Source: Fidelibacterota bacterium
Lineage (GTDB): Bacteria > Fidelibacterota > Marinisomatia > Marinisomatales > JABMOV01
NCBI GenBank assembly: GCA_046861395.1
Contig: JBHHUC010000001.1
Coordinates: forward strand, 45,830-109,829
Length of the DNA stretch: 64,000 bases
Direction of reading: 5' to 3'
Positions within the stretch are counted from its first letter, which is position 1, and the number at the start of each line of letters is the position of its first letter. Made by a program: the position numbers and the translations under genes. The notes below the pieces were generated by a model. It saw only the letters and a program-made list of their open reading frames with translations. It was not told the origin of the DNA and searched no databases. Shown in pieces: positions 47,857 through 57,798 of the stretch.

Positions 47857-48593
47857 AATATCAAGTCCTGCCCCTCCTGTTCTGTACCACTCTGGCGTGG
47901 TCCCAGGATGCACAAAGCATTATTGACCGGATGACAGCGACCCTTACACAGGCCACCAGCCGTGCCCGTATGACGCAAACCGTGGAGACGACATCGGGAA
48001 AAACGCGAACATTGGAATTTGAAATGTTTTCCGCCGATTCCGGATCCAGTGTCCTCATTCGCTATATAAAACCCAGTAGCGTAAAAGGCCAAAGTTTTCT
48101 CATGCTGAACGATGCCAATGATATCTGGACCTACTTTCCCCGTACACGGCGAGTGCGTAAACTGGCATCTTCCGCCAAGAATCAAAAAGTACAGGGCAGC
48201 GATTTTTCCTATAGTGATTTTTCCTCTTCGGATACCTGGCAGGAGGATTATATATCTACCTTGGACGGAAGCGTCCGCCTGAAGGACGAAGCGTGCTGGA
48301 AGCTCACCGCCACCGAGACGGAAAAAAACGACTCCGACTACCCCCGGGTGGTGCTGTTTATCCGAAAATCAGACTATTCTCCGCTGCAGATGGATTTTTA
48401 TAATGAAAACAATCAACACGAAAAAACATTGACGTTTGAAAACATTACGAACATTGAAGGTGTCCCGACAGCGATGAGGATGATAATGGAAAATGTATTG
48501 GAGGGCTCAAAAACGGTCATGGAAATCAAGGAAATGACCTATGCATGGACACCGCCTAAGGGCTTTTTCAGTGAAAGGAACCTGCAGCAATGA
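47853..48593 (+). CDS. LolA-like periplasmic lipid/lipoprotein-sorting protein
   Basis: Signal peptide; P..VKGQSFL, DIWTYFPRTRRVRKL, GSDFSYSD, FFSERNL. Confidence 0.85.
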   Translation: MKYQVLPLLFCTTLAWSQDAQSIIDRMTATLTQATSRARMTQTVETTSGKTRTLEFEMFSADSGSSVLIRYIKPSSVKGQSFLMLNDANDIWTYFPRTRRVRKLASSAKNQKVQGSDFSYSDFSSSDTWQEDYISTLDGSVRLKDEACWKLTATETEKNDSDYPRVVLFIRKSDYSPLQMDFYNENNQHEKTLTFENITNIEGVPTAMRMIMENVLEGSKTVMEIKEMTYAWTPPKGFFSERNLQQ

Positions 48594-49780
48594 AAGGTGG
48601 AATGTTTTTAACCTGTCTCCTGGGGTTACTCATGGGACAGGTGGACTGGTTCGGCTACCTGGAAAGCGAATTCGACCGCTTTGCCCTCAATGATAAAACC
48701 TATCATTTCGGCTATCATAAATTACGGCTGGACATGGAAACCCGCCCGGCGGAAACCGTTCTGGTGGCTGCCAACCTCAATCTCCATCAGTATGTAGGAC
48801 AAACACACTGGAATTTCCTGGATTTCATTCCACCACGTTACTGGAACATTATTTTATTTGCCCCTGGAAATGACAGCGCCATGAGCATTAATCCGGAAAT
48901 CCCCTATGATTACCGGGATACATTGTATCTTGACAATGCTTATCTTCGTGCGGCCTTTCCGGCCGTGGATTTAATTGTAGGAAAACAGCCGCTGTCCTTG
49001 GGCACGGGTTATGCCTGGAATCCTGTGGATATTTTCAACAAGAAAGATCCCGTGGATCCTACCTATGAGCAGACCGGAATCCAGGCCTTGCGGTTCGATG
49101 TCCCCCTGACCAGTCGCGGTGGATTGACGCTGGTGGTGACGCCGGCAGCAACCTGGCAGGAAGCCACCCGGTATGTTCAGGTCAAGGCTGGACTGGCGAG
49201 TTTTGATATCACCCTGAACGCAGCGAAATATATGAGCTTGTACCGCTACTGGGATTATGTCACTTATTCGGGAAGATTGCCGACGAAAACAGAATATACA
49301 GCCTATGGTGGAACCTTCGTGGGACAGGTATTGGGCGTCGGAATTTGGGGTGAAACCTGGCAAAAAAAACATACAGTTGTATCTGGAAAAACGTTCCGGG
49401 AAACCATTCTCGGTTTTGATTATACCTTTGAAAACGGGTTTATGGTTCTGTCAGAATTTCTTTTCAATGAACAGGGCGCAGCCACGAACAATCTGTCACT
49501 GAATGATTATTTCGCCTATTTTTCGGGGGAGACCCACAGCCTGATGCAGCACTACCAATTCCTATATGCATCCTATCCTGTCAGTGATTTCGTCCGCGCA
49601 GGTTTCCTGTCCATCATAAACTATGACGATATCAGCGCCATGATCAGCCCGCAAGTGGATTGGGATATTTTCGAAAACGGCACCCTCTCGATCTGGTATA
49701 CCTTCCCCTATGGCAACAAAGAGACAGAATTCGGATACCAGGAAGACGGTTGGCGGATTCGCCTGCGGAGCTATTTCTAA
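48590..49780 (+). CDS. Putative outer-membrane beta-barrel protein
   Basis: Signal peptide; LDNAYL..VGKQPLSLGTGYAWNPVDIFN; C-terminal RLRSYF. Confidence 0.7.
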   Translation: MKGGMFLTCLLGLLMGQVDWFGYLESEFDRFALNDKTYHFGYHKLRLDMETRPAETVLVAANLNLHQYVGQTHWNFLDFIPPRYWNIILFAPGNDSAMSINPEIPYDYRDTLYLDNAYLRAAFPAVDLIVGKQPLSLGTGYAWNPVDIFNKKDPVDPTYEQTGIQALRFDVPLTSRGGLTLVVTPAATWQEATRYVQVKAGLASFDITLNAAKYMSLYRYWDYVTYSGRLPTKTEYTAYGGTFVGQVLGVGIWGETWQKKHTVVSGKTFRETILGFDYTFENGFMVLSEFLFNEQGAATNNLSLNDYFAYFSGETHSLMQHYQFLYASYPVSDFVRAGFLSIINYDDISAMISPQVDWDIFENGTLSIWYTFPYGNKETEFGYQEDGWRIRLRSYF

Positions 49781-49781
49781 T

Positions 49782-50900
49782 ATGTCAGTAGTTTTTATCC
49801 TGGGAGGAAGTGGCAATACCGGCCGGCGTATCGCAAAATTGTTGCTGGAGTATACCGACGCCAGGATTATCCTGGGTGCTCGGAATGAACTACGCTTGAA
49901 GGAAACCGCTGAAGAACTCCATGCTCACACACGGGTATCTTGGCACACCGTGGATGCCAGTCGGCCCGGGGAACTAAGTAAGTACCTGGAGCCAGTGGAT
50001 CTCCTGGTAGTAGCCAGTCCCCTCAGCGGGAACTTCGGTGAACTGGCGCAGGAGGCCATGAGGGCGGAGTGTGATGTACTGGACACCATCTACTCGTCGC
50101 GGAAATTGGCGCAATTGACAGAACTCGCTGGGGACTTGGAAGCTGCCGGACGGTGTTTCATTACGGATGCGGGTTTTCACCCCGGACTGCCCGCTGCCCT
50201 GGTGCGGTATGCCGCGGGGAAAATGGACACCCTCAGTCGAGCGGATGTCTATAGCGTTATCCGGGATGACTGGGCTCACCGCCAGGTCGCATCATCGACA
50301 CGGCGCGAATTTGTTGAAGAACTCCTTTCCATGGATATGACGGTTTTCCAGGATGGTACCTGGCGAAAGGCAGGAATGACATCCACGCGATACTACCGCA
50401 AGGAGTTCTTTGCATCCGTCCCTGGGACATTCTTATGCGCTCCTATGATGTTCGAGGAAATGAGAACGCTGCCCCATGACATCCCGGGGCTGGCAGACAC
50501 CGGCTTTTACATTGCCGGATTCCACTGGTACGTGGATTATGTGGTGATGCCCCTGGTGTTACTCGGATTGAAAACCCTGCCTTCATCTTGCCATCCTTTT
50601 CTGGCTTCCTGGTTTTTCCGCAGCCTGTGCCGGGTTAGTAAACCACCCTTTTGCACTGCGCTGAAGCTGGTGGCTGAAGGTTTCAAAAATGGAGCACCAT
50701 ACCGTTTTTCTCTGGAGCTATCCCATGAAGATGGTTACTGGTTTACCGCGACTCCAGTCACGTCATGTATCAAACAATACCTGGACGGATCGCTAAAAAA
50801 ACCCGGATTGAATTTCATGGGCCGGGTCGTTGATCCGGATCGCACATTAAGGGACCTTGGTTCCTGGGGAATCTCCAGCCAAGAAAACGATTTAACCTAA
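49782..50900 (+). CDS. Saccharopine dehydrogenase-like NAD(P)-dependent oxidoreductase
   Basis: Start MSVVFILGGSGNTG (Rossmann), LGARN, DAGFHPGLP. Confidence 0.8.
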   Translation: MSVVFILGGSGNTGRRIAKLLLEYTDARIILGARNELRLKETAEELHAHTRVSWHTVDASRPGELSKYLEPVDLLVVASPLSGNFGELAQEAMRAECDVLDTIYSSRKLAQLTELAGDLEAAGRCFITDAGFHPGLPAALVRYAAGKMDTLSRADVYSVIRDDWAHRQVASSTRREFVEELLSMDMTVFQDGTWRKAGMTSTRYYRKEFFASVPGTFLCAPMMFEEMRTLPHDIPGLADTGFYIAGFHWYVDYVVMPLVLLGLKTLPSSCHPFLASWFFRSLCRVSKPPFCTALKLVAEGFKNGAPYRFSLELSHEDGYWFTATPVTSCIKQYLDGSLKKPGLNFMGRVVDPDRTLRDLGSWGISSQENDLT

Positions 50901-50911
50901 AAGGATTTCTC

Positions 50912-53671
50912 ATGCGTCAGAAACTGCTTGTTGGATTGTCACATTTCATTACCCGTTATCCCGGACGGATGCTGGGTATCTTGCTCTTAATAACTGCCGT
51001 TTTCATGGTGATGATGACCCAGTTGGAATTTTCCACCTCCATGACGAACCTCATGCCCCAGGACGATCCCAAGGTTGTGGAATTCGACCGGATCATGGAG
51101 GAATACAACGGCGCCGCGTCGCTACTGATCGTAGCCGAGGGTGACCCGGAGCACCTGCTGACCTTCGCCGATGAAGTTTCACCGCGGATTGAAGCCATCA
51201 AGGACTATGTGAAAAAAGTGGATTATAAGCAGCCACGGGAACTCATCGAAAACCACGCCCTGATGCTGATGAAATCACAGGATCTGGAAAACATTGGTGA
51301 TGTGTTCACGGACCCCAACCTCACTCGTTTTTTAGCAAACCTAAATGACAGTTTTGAAAAAGAATATATCCAGAGTGACGAAAAAATTTCCGGCCAGGAA
51401 CAGGAACAGAGTGTTATTCGCTTCATGGACGGGATTCAGACGTTCGTAACCACAACAACAGACTTCCTTCAGGATCAGGGCACTGGGGCAGGGGCCGAAA
51501 CCGCTGCCGACCGCGCCGTGGATGCCGTCCTGCTGGGAGACCTGTATTACCGCAGCTGGGACCGGGAAATGCTCATCATGCAAATTATACCTGACTTCAA
51601 CTGGATGGACGTGGAAAAAAGCGTTTTTATTACCGACACCGTGGAAACCATCATCAAGGATGTCGCGGCGCAGGAAGGTATCTCGGCTGGACTGACGGGG
51701 GTCATACCCCTTTCACGCGATGAAATGCGAGCCATGGAAAACGATTCCTTTGTCATCACCACCGTGGCCGTCATTGCCATTTTCATCCTGTTTATGATTG
51801 CCTTCCGGATGTTTACCAGCCCCTTCTTGGCCATTCTCACATTGATTCTGGGTGTCATCTGGGCCATGGGCCTGGCCTGGGTCATCGTAGGCTCCTTGAA
51901 TATTATGACTTCCATGATGTCGGTTATCCTGGTGGGACTCGGTATCGATTTTTCCGTGCACTTGATTGCTGGCTATTCCGAACGGAGGGCGGCAGGAGAG
52001 AGCATAGAGTCCTCCCTCACTGACACCCTGACCAAGAGCGGAATGGGTATCATTACCGGCGGTTTCACTACAGCAGCTGCCTTCTTTACCATGGTGATTT
52101 CCCGAACGGAAGGCATGCGGGAATTCGGACTGGTGCTGGGCGAAGGCATTGTAATCATCATGGTGGCAACGTTGCTCATTCTCCCCACACTCCTGGTCTT
52201 GAAGGATCGCTTATGGGGTAAGCTCCGTAAAGTACCTTCCCGGCAGCGCGATATTTCCTACCGTTTTCTGGGAGCCAGCGCCACCGCTTTGGCCAAGAAT
52301 AAATATATTGGCTTGGCGGCGCTGATTGTTGTCACCCTGTTTCTGGGTTACCGCGGTTTCCATCTCACCATGGATTACAATTACCTTAACATGGAGCCGG
52401 CGGGCTTGGAGAGCGTGTTTTTACAGGATCGCATCATCGACAAGATGGATATTTCCGCCGATTATTGCTATATCACGGTGAAGGATCTCAATGAGGCGGA
52501 AGCGGTTACCGAAAAAGCGAAGGCTATGTCCACTTCCGGAATGGTCCAGTCGATTGTGGATTTCCTGCCGCCCCCGGAAGAACAACAGCGCCGGACCGAG
52601 AAGATTCACGCTTTGAGGACAAAGCTTGATGGAGTGGATTTGAAAACGGCCCTGACTCCGGCAGACAGGGAGTTGCTGCTGGCTGAAATTGAACGACTGG
52701 AGATGAATGTCATGGAAATTCAGGACATGGCTGTCATTGGGGGTCAGGATAAAATTTACCTGAAAACGGGTCTGCTGGTCGGCGTGGTTCCCGAGGAAGA
52801 AGATGCCTCTATCATGGCGCTTCAAGAAGAACTGGTCACCAAACAACCGTCCCTGGAGCGAGGCCTGCTCACTGAATTGCGTGAAACCGTGGCGGGACTT
52901 TCGACCCCCGGCTGGCAGAAGATGGATTCCTTTCAACAGGCGTTTGCCGCCGAGTTTAAGGCTGTCGCCCGGCGCATGACCAACACAGAACCCATCACCA
53001 TAGCCACCCTTCCTCCTTCCATCCGAGCCCAGTTTGTAGGGAAGTCCGGCGACAGTTTCCTGGTAACTGTATTTCCCAAGGATAATGTCTGGGATATTGA
53101 TTTCTTGGAACGATTCACCCGGGAACTTGAAGACGTCAGCCCGCGGGTGACGGGAATTCCACCGGTGTTCAAAAGACTCATGGAATATTTTGCAGCCGAC
53201 GGGAAGCAGGCCACCTATCTGGCTTTAGTGGTGATCTTTATCATCCTGGTGCTGGATTTTCACAGCTGGCGTAAGTCGGCCCTGGCCATGGCACCCCTTA
53301 TCATCGGCGTTTTCTGGATGATCGGATTGATGCAGCTGACCGGCTTGCAATTAACGATGGTGAATATCATGGCCATACCCCTGATCATTGGTATCGGGAT
53401 CGATGATGGCGTCCATGTCATGCACCGCTACAATATCGAAGGCCGGGATAAGCATTTTATTGTGTTCTCTACAACTGGCCGGGCCATCCTGTTGACATCC
53501 TTGACTACGATGCTGGGTTTTGGCTCCCTGATCTTTGCCACCTACCGTGGGCTGGGGTCCATGGGTAGTGCACTTTTCATCGGTGTGGGCACCTGTTTTC
53601 TGGCAACGGTTCTGGTTATACCGGCCCTCATGGGAGTATATCATGCCTGGCATACGAAAAAGTCTACCTGA
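50912..53671 (+). CDS. MMPL/RND (HpnN-like) lipid transporter
   Basis: Two RND halves: VGLGIDFSVHL..GGFTTAAAF and IGIGIDDGVHV..TSLTTMLGFGSL. Confidence 0.92.
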   Translation: MRQKLLVGLSHFITRYPGRMLGILLLITAVFMVMMTQLEFSTSMTNLMPQDDPKVVEFDRIMEEYNGAASLLIVAEGDPEHLLTFADEVSPRIEAIKDYVKKVDYKQPRELIENHALMLMKSQDLENIGDVFTDPNLTRFLANLNDSFEKEYIQSDEKISGQEQEQSVIRFMDGIQTFVTTTTDFLQDQGTGAGAETAADRAVDAVLLGDLYYRSWDREMLIMQIIPDFNWMDVEKSVFITDTVETIIKDVAAQEGISAGLTGVIPLSRDEMRAMENDSFVITTVAVIAIFILFMIAFRMFTSPFLAILTLILGVIWAMGLAWVIVGSLNIMTSMMSVILVGLGIDFSVHLIAGYSERRAAGESIESSLTDTLTKSGMGIITGGFTTAAAFFTMVISRTEGMREFGLVLGEGIVIIMVATLLILPTLLVLKDRLWGKLRKVPSRQRDISYRFLGASATALAKNKYIGLAALIVVTLFLGYRGFHLTMDYNYLNMEPAGLESVFLQDRIIDKMDISADYCYITVKDLNEAEAVTEKAKAMSTSGMVQSIVDFLPPPEEQQRRTEKIHALRTKLDGVDLKTALTPADRELLLAEIERLEMNVMEIQDMAVIGGQDKIYLKTGLLVGVVPEEEDASIMALQEELVTKQPSLERGLLTELRETVAGLSTPGWQKMDSFQQAFAAEFKAVARRMTNTEPITIATLPPSIRAQFVGKSGDSFLVTVFPKDNVWDIDFLERFTRELEDVSPRVTGIPPVFKRLMEYFAADGKQATYLALVVIFIILVLDFHSWRKSALAMAPLIIGVFWMIGLMQLTGLQLTMVNIMAIPLIIGIGIDDGVHVMHRYNIEGRDKHFIVFSTTGRAILLTSLTTMLGFGSLIFATYRGLGSMGSALFIGVGTCFLATVLVIPALMGVYHAWHTKKST

Positions 53672-53780
53672 GGAAAATATACCGAATAACACCGGAAAGA
53701 CGGTTTGGATCAGCTGTGTCAGGGGGAATAAAGTGAGAACTTTGCTTTGCTTCCGGCGATAAGCCGGCCCAATTTTGTTT

Positions 53781-54182
53781 ATGTTTCAACGGTTATTATT
53801 TCTGTTTATTGCCATCCCGCTCATGGAAATCCTGATTCTTATCCGCCTGGGCGAACTCATGGGGTTCTGGGCGACGGTCATTCTGGTTATAGGTACTGGT
53901 ATCATCGGGGCGGGATTAGCCCGGCTCTACGGCTGGACCCTGTGGGTAGAAATCCAGCATGAATTACAAATGGGTCGGATGCCCACCGATAAAATGATGG
54001 ACGGATTGTTGATCCTCATTGGCGGCATTGTTCTGCTTACACCCGGGCTCCTGACCGATATCGCCGGCTTTTTATTGCTTATTCCGATCACCCGAAAAAT
54101 GGCCAAACGTTGGTTGCAAAAAATCTTTGCCAACCAAATTGCCGTATATCCAGAGGATGAAAACGAAATATTTCGCGGATAA
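53781..54182 (+). CDS. fxsA: FxsA family membrane protein
   Basis: FIAIPLMEI..GG..LLTPGLLTDIAGFLLLIP..R. Confidence 0.9.
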   Translation: MFQRLLFLFIAIPLMEILILIRLGELMGFWATVILVIGTGIIGAGLARLYGWTLWVEIQHELQMGRMPTDKMMDGLLILIGGIVLLTPGLLTDIAGFLLLIPITRKMAKRWLQKIFANQIAVYPEDENEIFRG

Positions 54183-54256
54183 ATACCGAATTCCCACACC
54201 GCATTTCCTTGAAAATAATTCCTGTGATTTTACCGGAATTTTGATAGATTCCATCC

Positions 54257-55558
54257 ATGATTTCTTCCGACGATAAAAGCGCTGTTATCCAAACTTTTTC
54301 CCGGCACGTCTCCAGCGGAAAAGCAGCCTTCTTCAAAAAATACGGAATGGATTTTGTCATGGGAAACCGGGACGGCAATTGGCTAGTGGACAAGGACGGG
54401 AATAAACGTCTATTTAATCTTCACTGTAATGGTGGTGTATTTAACCTCGGCCACCGCAATCCTCAAATTATTGCCACCTTGAAAGCGGCTTTGGAAGAGC
54501 TGGATATCGGCAACCATCATCTTATGAGCGAAGAAAGGGCTCGGCTGGCCAGGCAATTAAGCGATCTCATGCCCGGGGATTTATCCTGCACCGTATTTGG
54601 TGTTAGCGGCGGAGAAGCCGTTGATCTGGCTCTGAAGGTGGCTCGCTCACACACCCGCCGCACCAGAATAATTTCCGCCCGGGGCGGCTATCACGGCCAC
54701 ACCGGCCTTGCTCTGGCCGCCGGTGACGAAAAATATCGTCGGCCGTTCGGTCCCATGGCACCGGGCTTTCTGCAGGTTCCCTTCGGTGATGCGGAAGCCC
54801 TGAACGATGCCCTGGATGACAATACGGCCGCCGTGATCCTGGAAACCATTCCAGCGACCCTGGGGATGGTTATACCCACCAAGGAGTATATGCAGGAGGT
54901 GCGTCGTCTCTGCGATCACTGGGGCGCCCTGCTCATTTTGGATGAAGTCCAGAGCGGCCTGGGTCGGACGGGAAAACTATGGGCCTTCGAACATTATGAT
55001 ATTATTCCGGATATTGTTGTGCTGGGAAAAGGGCTGTCCGGCGGTCTTTATCCCATCACTGCCACCGTATTACGCCAGCCGCTGGAACAGGTTTTTCATG
55101 ACGATCCATTCATTCATATTTCCACCTTCGGGGGTGCCGAAATCGGATGTCGTGTGGCCCGTAAAGTCCTGGATATCACCGCTGATCCGGACTTTTTATC
55201 GGAAGTAAACGATATGGCAGACCGGACAGGGAAGCATCTGGAATTATTGATCACAAAACATCGTCCTTTTTTCAGCGGTGTGCGGCAACTGGGGCTCATG
55301 ATGGGTCTGGAATTACAGGATGAAATTGCCGGGCCGGTTCTCACCAAAGCCGCCTATGACAAGGACCTTCTCATGGTGTACGCCAATAATGATCAGTCCG
55401 TGTGTCAATTTCTACCACCGCTAACCATGAAGAAGGAAGATCTGCCTTTCATAATTGATCGACTAGAGAATGCCTTGACCCAGGCCCGCCGGTTACGGAA
55501 ACTCTATCAAGCCAAGACAATGGTAACGTCTCTGTTCCGTAAAAAAAAGAATACATGA
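54257..55558 (+). CDS. Class III PLP-dependent aminotransferase-fold enzyme
   Basis: FNLGHRNP, SGGEAVD, GGYHGHT, LDEVQSGLGRTG, VLGKGLSGG (PLP Lys), STFGG. Confidence 0.92.
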   Translation: MISSDDKSAVIQTFSRHVSSGKAAFFKKYGMDFVMGNRDGNWLVDKDGNKRLFNLHCNGGVFNLGHRNPQIIATLKAALEELDIGNHHLMSEERARLARQLSDLMPGDLSCTVFGVSGGEAVDLALKVARSHTRRTRIISARGGYHGHTGLALAAGDEKYRRPFGPMAPGFLQVPFGDAEALNDALDDNTAAVILETIPATLGMVIPTKEYMQEVRRLCDHWGALLILDEVQSGLGRTGKLWAFEHYDIIPDIVVLGKGLSGGLYPITATVLRQPLEQVFHDDPFIHISTFGGAEIGCRVARKVLDITADPDFLSEVNDMADRTGKHLELLITKHRPFFSGVRQLGLMMGLELQDEIAGPVLTKAAYDKDLLMVYANNDQSVCQFLPPLTMKKEDLPFIIDRLENALTQARRLRKLYQAKTMVTSLFRKKKNT

Positions 55559-56475
55559 TGAATCCCGACTTTTCCTTTTTAACATCCTTTGAAGAAGGCC
55601 TGGTTCCTTGGGCCTTGGACAGCTCGGCTGCACCGGTATCAGTATTGGGATATGGTGAAATATCCACGGTTTTTCGTTTGACACAGGATGAGAATTGGGC
55701 CTTTAAGCGAATGCCGCTATTTGATACCAGGGCCGCCGCCGAAATATACTTGGAACATTATACGGCCTATTGTTCATATCTAACGGAGGCCGGATTAAAT
55801 CTCCCTGAAAGTCATGGCCATATAGTGGATCTTCCGGGCCGACCCATTGTACTGTATCTGGTCCAAAGAAGCCTGCCATCGGACCGGTTTTGTCACACCC
55901 TTATCAAGACGGCTGCGGCCGATGAAAACCGGGAAATGATTGCCGCAATCGTATCGGCATTGGAAGGGGTGTGGACTTTTAATGATAAGCTTCAACCAGA
56001 CCTAGAAATCGCCATCGACGGTCAACTGTCGAATTGGGCTTGGTTGCCACAGGAGAATGGTGTGAAAAAATTACTCTATATTGACACATCAACACCGTTA
56101 TACCGGAAAAATGGCAAGGAACAACTGGACCCGGAACTGTTCCTGAAAAGCGCCCCGTCCTTTTTGCGCTGGCTGATTCGATGGCAGTTCCTGGATGAGG
56201 TCATGGAGCGCTACTATCTGCGACGGGAAGTTTACACGGACCTGGCGGCGAACTGTTTCAAGGAACAGGCGGAGGAATGGATTCAGCCCATCGTGGAAAT
56301 GGCAAATCAACATCTTGATTCGCCCCTGACATTTGCTGATATTGACAAATATTATAAAAATGACAAAGTAATTTGGGCCCTATTTCTAGCCCTGCGGAAA
56401 ATGGATCGCTGGTTACAGCGTCGGATCTTCCGCCATCGATATGAATATATTCTTCCGGAAATCGAACACCGCTGA
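55555..56475 (+). CDS. Kinase-fold protein (DUF6206-like)
   Basis: LGYGEISTV (Gly loop), AFKR (VAIK-like Lys), IDGQLSNW (D-x4-N catalytic loop), YIDTS (DFG-like). Confidence 0.6.
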   Translation: MMNPDFSFLTSFEEGLVPWALDSSAAPVSVLGYGEISTVFRLTQDENWAFKRMPLFDTRAAAEIYLEHYTAYCSYLTEAGLNLPESHGHIVDLPGRPIVLYLVQRSLPSDRFCHTLIKTAAADENREMIAAIVSALEGVWTFNDKLQPDLEIAIDGQLSNWAWLPQENGVKKLLYIDTSTPLYRKNGKEQLDPELFLKSAPSFLRWLIRWQFLDEVMERYYLRREVYTDLAANCFKEQAEEWIQPIVEMANQHLDSPLTFADIDKYYKNDKVIWALFLALRKMDRWLQRRIFRHRYEYILPEIEHR

Positions 56476-57779
56476 TGTGTGATACTTTCGTAGCCCTGCC
56501 TCCGCAGACTGCGGATGGATCCACCATCCTGGGCAAAAACAGTGACCGGGAACCGAATGAAGCGCAACTTCTGACCTGGATTCCTCCCCGGACATATTCG
56601 GCAGATGAAACGGTTACCTGTACCTATTTAACGATACCTCAGGTTAAGGAGACGCGCGGTATTTTGTTGAGTCGTCCATTTTGGCTGTGGGGCGCGGAAA
56701 TGGGGACCAATGATGCCGGGGTCGCTATCGGAAATGAAGCCGTATTTACCCGGGAACCACAAGCCAAGAAAAAAAAGCTGCTGGGCATGGATATGCTCCG
56801 GTTGGCACTGGAACGATCGGGAACCGCGGAACAGGCGCTGGAAACCATCATTGCTCTCCTTCACGATTATGGTCAGGGCGGACCCTGTGGTTTCGAAGAC
56901 ACGTTGTATTATCACAACAGTTTTCTCATTGCCGACCCCGAAACCGCCTGGGTACTCGAAACCGCCGGTGAATTCTGGGCGGCAAAACAGGTGAAAGAGT
57001 CATATGCTATTAGCAACGGTTTGACCATCGGAACAAACTTCGATCGTTCCCATCCGGACTTAATCAGCCACGCCCGGAAGAAAGGCTGGTTGAAAAAGGG
57101 TCAGACCTTTGATTTCGCCGGTTGTTATTCCGATTGGTTCTACACGACATTTTCCGGTAGTCGTCGACGACGATCCTGCTCTTTGAGCCATCTGCAGAAG
57201 CCATTGTCCGTCGGCGCGGCCATGATCGCCTTACAGGACCACAATGATGATCAGTATTCTCCATCAAGGCATTTATTTATGCATAAAGTGTGTGCTCACG
57301 CCGCCTATCCAATCACGCGTCATGCCGTCCAGAGTACCGGATCGATGGTGGCTCATCTGTCGCAGGATCCCGTGGTTTGGGTAACGGGCACGTCGGCTCC
57401 CTGCACATCACTATATAAACCCATCTGGCCTTTAGATCCTTATTCTCCAGATTCGGCAGACAAAGGTGAAGGAACCTATTCCGCAACGTCTCTTTGGTGG
57501 CAGCATGAACGCCTGCACCGGGCGATATTAGAAGATTATATTCCCCGCCTGAATCGTATAAAGGCGGAACGTGATCAATGGCAGGAAACCTGGATCCGGG
57601 AAGCCAGAAGTCTGCCTTCTCATCAAAGGCGATTCTTCACCCAACAGACATTTACCACGGCTACCGAACAGGAATCGGAATGGCTGGATAAAATTCGGCA
57701 GACACCGCCGCAAAATAAACCAAACCGGTTCTATCGATCATACTGGAAAAAACAAAACGAAAAGGCCAATCTGCCATAA
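56475..57779 (+). CDS. Ntn-hydrolase, C69/secernin-like amidase
   Basis: N-terminal M-C-D-T nucleophile, GKNSDREPNE, WGAEMGTN..GNEAV, YHNSFLIAD, AISNGL. Confidence 0.88.
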   Translation: MCDTFVALPPQTADGSTILGKNSDREPNEAQLLTWIPPRTYSADETVTCTYLTIPQVKETRGILLSRPFWLWGAEMGTNDAGVAIGNEAVFTREPQAKKKKLLGMDMLRLALERSGTAEQALETIIALLHDYGQGGPCGFEDTLYYHNSFLIADPETAWVLETAGEFWAAKQVKESYAISNGLTIGTNFDRSHPDLISHARKKGWLKKGQTFDFAGCYSDWFYTTFSGSRRRRSCSLSHLQKPLSVGAAMIALQDHNDDQYSPSRHLFMHKVCAHAAYPITRHAVQSTGSMVAHLSQDPVVWVTGTSAPCTSLYKPIWPLDPYSPDSADKGEGTYSATSLWWQHERLHRAILEDYIPRLNRIKAERDQWQETWIREARSLPSHQRRFFTQQTFTTATEQESEWLDKIRQTPPQNKPNRFYRSYWKKQNEKANLP

Positions 57780-57798
57780 AGTTGAGGGACAATACATC

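Noticed and set aside
57571..57798. N-terminal extensions in the ORF track (ALDH; also 37635, 49710, 26602, 30309)
   Set aside because: They overlap neighbouring genes; downstream ATGs match the domain or signal-peptide starts
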